DNA from: Candidatus Hydrogenedentota bacterium
GTDB taxonomy: Bacteria > Hydrogenedentota > Hydrogenedentia > Hydrogenedentales > SLHB01
Length of the DNA: 64,000 nucleotides
Reading direction: 5' to 3'
Assembly (NCBI GenBank): GCA_963745075.1
Contig: CAVUWV010000024.1
Location: 1-64,000 of the forward strand
Both the position numbers and the translations under genes were made by a program. Below are positions 11,251-20,591 of this stretch, piece by piece. The notes under the pieces were generated by a model. It was not told the origin of the DNA and made no database searches. It was given only the letters and a program-made list of their open reading frames with translations. Positions within the stretch are counted from its first letter, which is position 1, and every line of letters starts with the position of its first letter.

Positions 11251-11421
11251 CGTGACCGCATAGAACCGATCGCTAAGTGCCTCGTGACGTATCAGAGAAA
11301 CAAGGACAGCAGGACGCCAAGGACGTGGATGAGCCGACTATGGAACACAAGATGGAACGACGCTCCATTTCCTCGTGATCGTCCTGTGTCCTCGTGGTGT
11401 CCTTGCTCTCTCTCTTTTCCC

Positions 11422-14208
11422 TTACACCTCAAACTCCACGGTCACCATCTTCTTCTTGCCTACGGCTAGCGCGAGGGTATCGCCCTTGGGTTGCAATTCT
11501 TCCTGGCGCTCTTCGTTGAGGTTGGTGAGCCAGGCGCGTTTGATGGTTTTGTAAATTTTTAATTTGCCGCTGACGGCTTTGCCGGTCGGGTTGAAGATGC
11601 GAATCACAAACGTGTGTTCGCGATCTTCGTGGCGTTTCAACGCAGTCACCTGCAAATTACCGCCCTGGACTTCGACGAAACTCATGCTCTTGGGCAAGGT
11701 GCCGTCATGCGGTCCGGCCTGCGCGGCTTCGAGGGGCAGATTGAATTCTTCGGCCTCTTCAAAAACGCCGTTGGTCCAATCGCCGGAGTGGGGGTAGATG
11801 CTGTAGCTCCACTCGTGCCGTCCGAGGCACTGCGCGAGCTCCATTTCCGGGTACGTTTCCCACCGGCCGAAGATGGGCGCGTTGCGGAAGGTGACACCGC
11901 GGAATAGGGTGATGGCCACCGGCCGTTCGTCCGTGTCCATCGCTTCGTATTCGCGCGTGCCTGTGTTCAGGATAGCGAGCCCCATCTTCGAATCGCTCAT
12001 GTCGACGAAACGGTACATCGGATATTGCGGATTCGGCTTGCCGTAGTAGGCGTTGTCCTCTTTCACCGTGATGTCGCGCGCGACCACGTCGAAGGCCGCC
12101 TCCGAATGGGACACCTTCGCCTTGAGCCGTGTCGGGAACACGACCCGCATGCGGTGGTTCCGACACGGGTTGTCGAGGGTGGTGGTGACATCGAGCCGTT
12201 TCGCGCCCGCGCGCAGGGTGAACCGGCTGGTCACGACGATCTCCTTGCGCTCGTTCGTGCGCGCCATATGGTTCATGGCTTCTCCGCGGAACCGGTCGTT
12301 GAGGTTCTCGGTCAGGCCGACGGGAATCATCATGCGGTACTCGACCCGCATCCGCGCGAAGAGCGGTCCCGCTTCTTCCACCTCGATGCTGCACGGGAAC
12401 CCGTGGGACGTGATCGTCTCGTTCTGGTCCGGCTCCATGTGGACCCAGGAATGGCCGGTTTCACCGGTGTCCTCGATATAGTGAAGACCTTTGAAGGTGT
12501 GCTTGTTCGCTTTGTGCATGAGATTGAGCGTGCCGTCGGGGTTGAACGTGACGCGCAGGTGCTCGTTCTCCATGACGTAGGCTTCCGGCACGAGCGAGCC
12601 CGGCAGATAGGCGAACTGTTCGGCGGGCGCGACGTGGTAGGTCTTGTACCCGTACGCGGGGATGTCGTCGACTTCGATGTGGCACTGCACGCGTTCGGAA
12701 TTCAGCTCGATGGAAATGTCCTGCAAGTTGCGGATAAGCGACGCCCACGGATACTGGCTGTTGACCTGCACACGCTGGGTTTGTTCGCCGTCCGGCGTGG
12801 TGATGTTAAAAGCCTCGTAATCCATGTTGGCCGGCATGTCGATGAGCGCCGAGATGACGCCGCTGCGCGGGAAGGGGCAGGGGTTGAACACGGTCAACAC
12901 GGATTCCTTCGGCGACACATCCGAGTTGTCGATGGCGATTTGCACGGCCTGCATGCCGCGCCGGGTGAGGCCTTCGCTGATGATGTCAATCTGGTCGAAC
13001 CGGAACAGCGAATCCTTTTCCATCTGGTCGATGCCGCCGCCGGTGATCGTGTCGTGGGGATGATTCTGCAGGAGCAGTTTCCACGCGCGGTCGAGGGCGG
13101 TCTTGATGTACTCGCCGCCGACCATGGACCCGATGGCGCTCCACGGTTCTGCGAGACGTTGCAGGTTGAGTTCCGACCGGTGGTTCGCGCGCTTCAACCG
13201 CGTGCGCGCGCTGATCACGTCGCCGAAAAGGTGCGTCCATTTGCCCGTGGACCCCGGGTCGCGGCTTTCGCCATTGAGCACGGTGAGATCCTTGACCTCC
13301 TTCTTCATGGCGGTCATGTAGTCTTCGAGGTTCGAGAACTTGATCGTGTGTTCGGGCAAGAGTTCCTGGCACAGCTTCATGATCTCCGACTCGCGCGGAT
13401 CGGGATCGGACGAGTCAAAGCCTTGCATGCAGCAGATGTGGCTCGTCGTGAAGTGTTCCGATTCGTCTTTCACCAGTTTCAGCAACTGGTCGCGGATGGG
13501 CTCGTCGTTCCACTGCTTCTTGTCCTTGTCGAGCACGTAATAGTGGCCGCGCGGATTTGTGTCCCGCGCGAGGCGGAACGGCGCCGCGCCGCGGTCCCAG
13601 TCGTACCGTGCGAACACGTCGCTCGACCCGTAGCGCAGCATGCGGTAGACGTAGATGTAATAACTGAACCGGCTCATGCACCCGAACCGCATGCCGAGCA
13701 GCCGCGTGCCGTCGGCGCCTTCCCACGCGAACTCGCTGTGGGGCGAGTTGATGCCGCGGTAAAAGATGATCGTGTCGATGCCGAAGCCCGCGTAGATCTG
13801 CGGCATCTGCGAGGTCTGGCCGTAGCTGAACGGCGTGTAGCCGATCTTCGACACCTTGCCCAAGTCTTCCGCGATGCGGTGTCCCACGACAAGGTTGCGC
13901 ACCAGCGATTCGCCGTTCACGCAATATTCCTCGGGTAGCGAGTACCACGGCCCCACAATGAGCCGGCCCGACTTCACGTGCTTCTCGATGGTCTCGCGCT
14001 TCTCGGGCCGCAGTTCCAGATAGTCCTCGACACACAGCGTCTGCGAATCCATCGTGAACGAGTGGAACTCGGAATCCGTGTCCAGCAGGTCGAGCAGGTT
14101 GTCCATGAAATCCAGGAGCAGCAGACGGGTCTCCTCAAAGGGATACCCCCACTCCCGGTCCCAGTGGGAATTTGATACGACATGAATGGTCTTGCGCTCG
14201 TTGGACAT
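11422..14208 (-). CDS. Glycoside hydrolase family 38 (alpha-mannosidase-like)
   Basis: HVVSNSHWDREW, GRLIVGPWY, GESLVRNL, LLQNHPHDTITG motifs; 928 aa; GGAGG RBS. Confidence 0.92.
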   Translation of the reverse strand: MSNERKTIHVVSNSHWDREWGYPFEETRLLLLDFMDNLLDLLDTDSEFHSFTMDSQTLCVEDYLELRPEKRETIEKHVKSGRLIVGPWYSLPEEYCVNGESLVRNLVVGHRIAEDLGKVSKIGYTPFSYGQTSQMPQIYAGFGIDTIIFYRGINSPHSEFAWEGADGTRLLGMRFGCMSRFSYYIYVYRMLRYGSSDVFARYDWDRGAAPFRLARDTNPRGHYYVLDKDKKQWNDEPIRDQLLKLVKDESEHFTTSHICCMQGFDSSDPDPRESEIMKLCQELLPEHTIKFSNLEDYMTAMKKEVKDLTVLNGESRDPGSTGKWTHLFGDVISARTRLKRANHRSELNLQRLAEPWSAIGSMVGGEYIKTALDRAWKLLLQNHPHDTITGGGIDQMEKDSLFRFDQIDIISEGLTRRGMQAVQIAIDNSDVSPKESVLTVFNPCPFPRSGVISALIDMPANMDYEAFNITTPDGEQTQRVQVNSQYPWASLIRNLQDISIELNSERVQCHIEVDDIPAYGYKTYHVAPAEQFAYLPGSLVPEAYVMENEHLRVTFNPDGTLNLMHKANKHTFKGLHYIEDTGETGHSWVHMEPDQNETITSHGFPCSIEVEEAGPLFARMRVEYRMMIPVGLTENLNDRFRGEAMNHMARTNERKEIVVTSRFTLRAGAKRLDVTTTLDNPCRNHRMRVVFPTRLKAKVSHSEAAFDVVARDITVKEDNAYYGKPNPQYPMYRFVDMSDSKMGLAILNTGTREYEAMDTDERPVAITLFRGVTFRNAPIFGRWETYPEMELAQCLGRHEWSYSIYPHSGDWTNGVFEEAEEFNLPLEAAQAGPHDGTLPKSMSFVEVQGGNLQVTALKRHEDREHTFVIRIFNPTGKAVSGKLKIYKTIKRAWLTNLNEERQEELQPKGDTLALAVGKKKMVTVEFEV

Positions 14209-14289
14209 GGTTCCCTCCGATAAAACGAATTACATGAATGCACCCAGCCCGTAAGCATAGAAAAAGCACCGCCCACGGAGCAAACTGAT

Positions 14290-14527
14290 CCCCACTGGGA
14301 GCGCCAGGCACCAGCCTGGCGAGGAGTCGGAGGGTGCAAGTCGCTCAATACAAGAACGAAGCTGCCTTGGCATTCGTTCCTCCTTCGACACACGCCACGC
14401 TGGAGCATGGCGCTCCCAGTGGGGAAGAGTCGGAGGGGTGACGGTTACGGCGGTAAGGAGCTGTTGCGGGGAGTGACTTGAACGCTTCGAGGCACGCCAC
14501 GCTGGAGCATGGCGCTCCCAGTGGGGA
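14290..14527. repeat. REP cluster 1 (3 REPs) of the RAYT-associated family
   Basis: CACTGGGAGCGCCAGGCaCCAGCCTGGCG at 14290-14322; inverted copies at 14391-14425 and 14493-14527. Confidence 0.9.
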
Positions 14528-14625
14528 GTGACGTTTGTGACGCTATATTCCATTCTTTGCTCTATAACTTCTCTTACGCGATCGATTCTTCAACTAAGCG
14601 TCACTAACGTCACTAATGTCACTCG
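14527..14625. promoter_or_regulatory. Putative iteron-type replication origin next to the D5 helicase 3' end
   Basis: Two + strand 9-mers (AGTGACGTT, TGTGACGCT) and three - strand 9-mers (AGTGACATT, AGTGACGTT, AGTGACGCT) flank an AT-rich ~50 bp core. Confidence 0.55.
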
Positions 14626-16020
14626 AGGACGAGACGGACGCCTATCCAGAAGCGTGTTCCGCCGGGACCGCGGTACTCGTCGAGGCCGTGGGATTGGAGG
14701 ACTTTCGAAAACGCCCGTTGACTGGCAGGGCGCTCGCCGTTGCGTTCGCACCACTGGGTATACGCGGCATACATGACCTTCTTCGCGCATTGGGCGTGGG
14801 GTTGCAGCACGGCGCGGTCGGCCAGGAATTGGCCGACCGTGTCTTCGGAATCGCGGTACGCCTGCGTTGCCGCCAGAACGGGCGGCGGCGGGTCGAGTCC
14901 ATATTTGCAGTACGCGACGCATCCTTCCGACGAGCCAATCGAGGATGCCTTCCGCCTCGCGGAGCAAGGTGTCCTGCAAGGCCGGGTCGCGCCGGTCGCC
15001 GGGGATGGTCACGGTGAACGGCACCAGCATGACGCGCCGCCAGATGGCGTGGTCCGTGCCCCGAATGCGCGGCGGATGGTTGGTCGCCAGCCACAGTTTG
15101 AACTGCGGCACGAACTCGAAGTATTCGCGATAGAGGAAACGCGCCTGCACGGCATCGCCGCCGGTGATGGATTTAATCAGCGACTCGTCGAGACGGTGCC
15201 CGTCGCCCGATTCGACGGCGGTGACGAAGCGCACGCCTTGCAGCCGCGCCAGATCGTTGCGCGTCGTGGGACCGCGGCCCGCCATGAAACATTCCGGGTC
15301 GGCCTGCCGGGCGTAGTCCTCGCCGAGCACGGATTTGATGGTGTTCAGGAATACCGATTTCCCGTTGCACCCGGTGCCGTGGAGGATGAAGAAGCATTGC
15401 TCCCGCGTGTGGCCCAGCAGGGAATAGCCGAGCGCCCGTTGCACGAAGGCCCGCACTTCCGCGTCCGGCAACACATCTTCGAGGAAGTTCTCCCATGCAA
15501 CGCGCCGTGCACCCAGATGCCAGTCGTGGGGAATCAACCGCGTGAGATAGTTGGCGCTTGAATGGTCGCCGTGATGGGGCAGGTCGCCGTCAATCCGGCT
15601 GAAATCCAGCGTGCAGTTGCGGCAATTCACGCGATCCGGTATCCGGTCGAAGACCTCCGCCCGTTCCGCGCACATGGGTTCCGTCTCGCGTAGAAACGCC
15701 GTGATGGCCGAGCTTTTCGCCGTGTATTTGGCGTGTTTCCACAGGGCGTCCGCGACCTGGGGGTTCTCCGCCGCCGCGGCCTCGGCTCGCACGAAGGTGT
15801 GCACATCTTGCGCCATCTTCCGCACGACGCCCAGCGTGTCCCGCGCCCAGCGCCGCCCGTCCCACCGCAGCCAGCCCCATTCCGGGACAAACCGGATGAG
15901 CGAACCGGCCGCCTCCGCAAACCGTCCCGCATTCGCGACATCGGTGCACAACGTCGCCGCCGCCTGCCGCAGATCCACGCCGGGATCAAGGCCTGGTTTG
16001 CGTTCCACTACCGCCGGCAT
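14619..16020 (-). CDS. Phage/plasmid P4-family D5-like SF3 helicase (no primase domain seen), frameshift at ~14930
   Basis: D5_N-like TDVANAGRF..WLRWDGRRW; Walker A GTGCNGKS; LIKSITGGDAVQARFLY, TNHPPRI, DHAIWRR; winged-helix-like C-terminus (YAAYTQWCERNGE..FSKVL..WIGVRL*) in ORF 14619-14810. Confidence 0.88.
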
Positions 16021-16116
16021 GGTGTTGTCCTCGGGGGTATTTCAGGGTAACCCATAGCAAACATCCTCCTGCCCTATAGGTGCCGCGCGTTGCAGTGGAG
16101 GGAGCCCTGTCCATGG

Positions 16117-16249
16117 CCCCACTGGGAGCGCCAGGCTCCAGCCTGGCGAGGAGTCGGAGGAGTGACGGCTGCATCGCCAACGTAGTCTTTGTCCTGAGTG
16201 ACTTGCACGCTCCGAAGCACGCCACGCTGGAGCCTGGCGCTCCCAGTGG
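16117..16249. repeat. REP cluster 2 (inverted doublet, REPIN-like)
   Basis: REP + at 16117-16149, REP - at 16218-16249. Confidence 0.9.
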
Positions 16250-16306
16250 CGTGATATGTTACTATGGCATGGAAAAGTTCGACGGACCCAACGGAGGTCA
16301 TCAGCG

Positions 16307-17047
16307 ATGGGCAAGTCGCGTGAAAGCGGCTGGTGTCAGCCAGGCGAATTCAACGGTAGACCGATCCTGAAACAAGACCGGAGCAGTTCCCCAGAACCGC
16401 ATTGGCACTCGCGCGGCTACATACCGCACTTCGACTCGCCGGGTTCTATCCAGCATGTTACATTTCACCTCGCGGACAGTTTGCCGAAGGCTGTACTCGA
16501 TCGTTTTGAAGACGAGATCCGCGACCTGCCGGAGTCTGAGCAGGAGGTCGAGCGCTATAGGCGCATCGAGGCCTGGATCGACGCGGGGCACGGATGCTGT
16601 CTGCTCCGGGACCCGCGGGCTGCGCAGCTCACGCAAGACGCACTCTTACACTTTGATGGCGTTCGCTATCACCTTCTCGGGTGGGCAGTCATGCCCAACC
16701 ACGTGCACGTTCTCTTTGAGCAGATGAAGGGATGGAAATTGTCGGGCGTTGTAACAGCCTGGAAATCCTACACCGGAAGGCGACTAATGCCGAAGTTGCG
16801 GGCGTTACCCGGAATGGGTTCCGCCCGTCACGTGTGGTATCGCGAATACCGGGACCGCTATGTCCGCGACCAAAGACATTTTCAAGCCGTCATGGCCTAC
16901 ATCCACAACAACCCCGTCGCGGCGAGATTGTGCGACACGCCGGAGGCTTGGCCCTGGAGCAGTGCACGTCTATACCTTCAAGATGACCTCAGTGAGGACA
17001 ACACTGGGAGCGCCAGGCTCCAGCCTGGCGAAGCGTCGGAGGAGTGA
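16307..17047 (+). CDS. REP-associated tyrosine transposase (RAYT, IS200-like Y1 HUH)
   Basis: WHSRGYIPHFD..HVTFHLADSLP, VMPNHVH (HUH), WKSYT, YIHNNPV..WPWSS; GGAGG RBS before ATG 16307; REPs on both sides. Confidence 0.9.
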   Translation: MGKSRESGWCQPGEFNGRPILKQDRSSSPEPHWHSRGYIPHFDSPGSIQHVTFHLADSLPKAVLDRFEDEIRDLPESEQEVERYRRIEAWIDAGHGCCLLRDPRAAQLTQDALLHFDGVRYHLLGWAVMPNHVHVLFEQMKGWKLSGVVTAWKSYTGRRLMPKLRALPGMGSARHVWYREYRDRYVRDQRHFQAVMAYIHNNPVAARLCDTPEAWPWSSARLYLQDDLSEDNTGSARLQPGEASEE

Positions 17048-17234
17048 CGGTCGGGAGCGGCAGGACCGTTGTTGCCCTGAGTGACTTGCACGCTTCGAAA
17101 CACGCCACGCTGGAGCGAGGCGCTCCCAGTGGGGAAGAGCCGGAGGAGTGACGGCTGCATCGCCAGCGTAGTCTTTGTACTGAGGGACTTGTACGCTTCG
17201 AAGCACGCCAGGCTGGAGCCTGGCGCTCCCAGTG
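17002..17234. repeat. REP cluster 3 (3 REPs)
   Basis: REP + at 17002-17031 (overlaps RAYT 3' end); REP - at 17101-17135 and 17204-17234. Confidence 0.9.
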
Positions 17235-17370
17235 ATCAATCGGTGGATGACATCCCCCGTTTGACATCGCTTTCCCTTAGCCGGATACTCTTTTGCCATC
17301 TTGTCCTGGTGGCGGTTTCCGTTGGTCTGCGGGCCGCCTTGCTGCATCTTTACTTGTGAAAGGTCGGGCT

Positions 17371-20300
17371 GTGCATATTTGTATTCGGTGGATTCGTTGG
17401 TTGGGGGTCGCGACGATCGTAGCGGTGCTGTGCGGTCTTGCCGCGGCGCAGGAGTTGGCGGAGCAGTCGCTCGAGGATATGGAGACGGCGGACGGGTTGC
17501 AGGTCACGCTGTTTGCCCATGAACCGGATTTGTACAACCCGACGACCATCGACGTGGACGCGCAGGGCCGGGTGTGGGTGTGCGAGGCGGTGAATTACCG
17601 GCTGTTCAACCAACCGAAGACGCGCGACGCGGGCGACCGTATCCAGGTGTTGGAAGACTACGGACGGCGACGGCGTCTGCGACAAGGCGACGACATTCTA
17701 CCAGGACCCCAGCCTTCAGGCGCCGATGGGCATTGCGGTGCTTGGCAATCGCGCGTACGTGTGCCAGGCGCCGGACCTGTTCTACCTCGAAGACACGGAC
17801 GGCGACGGCGTGGCGGACAAGCGCGAGGTCATCCTGACCGGGTTCAAGCAGATCGACCACGACCATGCGATTCACGGCGTGATGTTCGGCCCGGACGGGC
17901 ATCTTTACATGAGCAACGGCGACCGTGGTCTCGATGTGACCGATAAGGAAGGCCATCGCATCAACGTGGGCCATGAAGGCGACTACCAGGCGGCGACGGT
18001 GTTGCGCACGGACCTCGAAGGCAACCGGCTTGGAAGTGCTCGCGCAAGGCATGCGCAATCCCTACGAGCCGACAGTGGATTGCTACGGCAACGTGTTCAT
18101 TTCCGACAACGACGACGATGGCAACGAATCGGTTCGCATCGATTACGTGATGGAAGGCGGCAACTACGGGTACTGGCCGCGCCGGAAAGGTAACCGCAAA
18201 CTCGATGCGGTCCATTGGAACGAAGACCAGCCGGGCGTGGTGCCGAAGATGGTGCGGACGGGATTCGGGTCGCCGACCGGGTTGATGTTTTACGAGGGCG
18301 ACCTGCTGCCCGAACGCTATCACTTCACGTTGCTTCATGCCGACGCGGGGCCGGGCGTGATTCGGTCGTATCCTTTTCAGCCGGACGGGGCGGGGTACCA
18401 ATCCGAGATCAAGGTGATGCTGTCCTGTCCCAAGGACACGTGGTTCCGCCCGGTCGACGTATGCGCCGCGCCGGACGGTTCCTTGTTCGTCGGCGATTGG
18501 TACGACCCTGGGGTGGGCGGCCACCACATGGGTGATATCGAGAACGGGCGCGTGTACCGTCTCGCTCCGAAAGGTGCGGACTACACCGTGCCGCCGCTTG
18601 ATTTGGATTCCGAAGCGGGCGTGGCGGCGGCCTTCGCGTCGCCCAATCAGGCGCGGCGGTATCTCGGGTACAAGGCGCTGGAACGCGCGGCGGCTTCCGG
18701 CGATACGCATGTGCTGGCGTCCCTGTGGAACAGCGCCAATCCCGCAGCGAAAGCCCGCGCGTTGTGGCTGCTGGGTCCGGCGAAGCGGGACGTGCTACTG
18801 GAGGCGGCGCGGAGCGATTCCAAGGACCTGCGCACCGAAGCCGTGCGCATCTTCGCGATGCTCGACGGCGATGGTCTGCAAGCGGCGGATTGGTTACTGA
18901 AGGACCCAGACCCGCAGGTGCGGCGTCAGTTGCTGTTGACCCTGGGAGACCTGGATAACGCGGATTGGGTAGACGAATGGTTGCTCGATCTGGCGTCGCA
19001 ATACGATGGCGAAGACCGCTTCTACCGCGAGGCCATCGGGATTGCCATTCGTGGGCGCGAATCGTGGGCCTATGCCGCGTTGCGCAAGCGTTTGGGCGAT
19101 ACCTGGGACGCGCGTATGGCGGGATTGACCACGCAACTGCATCCCCCGGAGTCGCTGCCCGTCGCGAAGGCGGCGGTTGCGGATGGCGGTCTCAACGTCG
19201 ATTTGCGCGTGCGTGCGCTGGACGCGGTCGATGCGATCGGCACGCCCGAAGCCGGCGGCATCATCGTTGCGCAGCTTACATCGGACGCGCCACGGGAACT
19301 TCAATTGCATGCGCTGCATCTGCTGTCACGTGATGAGGGCGATGTGTGGCGCGCCGTGGCGGAAGGCAATCGGGTGGATTCCTATCTCAGCAATTGCCTT
19401 GCCAATGACAACATGCGGCAGGTGGCGCGCGACTTCATTCGCGAGACGCGGCGCACGGCTTTCGTACCGGAATTCATCGCCTTCGCGTCGGACGAATCGG
19501 TCGCGAAGGACGTCCGCGTTTCCGCGTTGGATACGGTCCGCTTCTTGCGGCTCAAGACAACGGGTCCGTGAAGGAGGCGGAAATGGAGCGACTCGGCGAT
19601 CTGATTTACGCGAGTGATGATGGGGTTGCCGTGGCCGCGCTCAGCGCCATCAGCGCCGTACGCAACGACGCGGCCATGGAACGGTTCAAGGACGTGTTAC
19701 TCAACACCGAACTTCCCAAGGCGGTACGCCGTGAAGCGGTGCGCATCCTGTCCGGGTCGAAGTCCGGCGCGGTGTTGATGCTCACCCTCGCGGAAAAACA
19801 GGCACTGCCCCAAGACATCACGCTGGACGTGCAGGAGCGCACGCACGCGAGTTCGGACGAGGACGTACGGCTCATGGCCGAACAGATCTTGCCGCGCGAC
19901 ATGACGGTCGAAGGCAAGGAGCTGCCGTCGATGAAAGACTTGCTGGCGATGAAGGGCGATCCGGCCCACGGTCACGACGCGTTCTACAGTGAAGAGAAGG
20001 CCCAGTGTTACCGCTGCCACATGATCAAGGGCGAAGGCCGCGAAGTGGGCCCGGACCTCACAAAGATCGGCGAGAAGCTCAGCCGGGAAAGTATCCTGGA
20101 GTCGATTCTCAATCCGAGTGCCGCGGTGTCGCACGAATACGTGGTTTGGGTGGTGCGCACCTTTGCGGACGGCTACCTCTCCGGCTACATCCGCTCTGAG
20201 AACGACGATGAAATTGAGTTGATGGATTCCGGCGGCAACGCGATCAAGATCGCGCAAGGCGACATCCTCGAACGGCGGAAAACGAATGTGTCGCTCATGC

Positions 20301-20374
20301 CGACGGGCCTTTCGGCAGGGATGACGGCGGCGGACCTGGCGGATATTGTGGCGTTTCTGTCGACGTTGAAGTGA
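17371..20374 (+). CDS. PVC-type heme-binding protein (propeller dehydrogenase-like domain + HEAT repeats + CxxCH cytochrome c), several frameshifts
   Basis: ORFs 17293-17946, 17726-18193, 17973-19571 and 19568-20374 join: DAQGRVWVCEAVNYR, EDTDGDGVADKR, GMRNPY, WFRPVDVCAAPDGSLFVGDWYD, CYRCH..GPDLTKIG..SILNPSA..SLMP. Confidence 0.85.
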
Positions 20375-20427
20375 TGGTTTGGTTTGTGAGCGTGTTTCAA
20401 AAGTGGGATATCGGCAAGGCGTTGCGA

Positions 20428-20504
20428 ATGTAGCGCAGGTGTCCCTGCCTGCATTCTTTGGGGCGCTGTTGCAGGATTTGCAGGCGGGGACGACTGCGCT
20501 ACAT
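20428..20504. repeat. GTAG-type REP-like inverted doublet
   Basis: ATGTAGCGCAGGTGTCCCTGCCTGCA vs TGCAGGCGGGGACGACTGCGCTACAT between convergent genes. Confidence 0.7.
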
Positions 20505-20591
20505 TTTCCGCACTTCTCTTTAGACCGGTAACGATCCCTTTTGAAACACGCTCAGAGTGACGCTGCAATCAGAGACAGCGGGTAGAAACCC

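Noticed and set aside
14619..16020. Intact prophage or phage satellite
   Set aside because: No integrase, att site, AlpA-like regulator or structural gene is visible.
14290..17234. CRISPR array interpretation of the repeat/variable-core units
   Set aside because: Repeats occur in both orientations, cores are related to each other, no cas genes are present, and a RAYT explains them as REPs.
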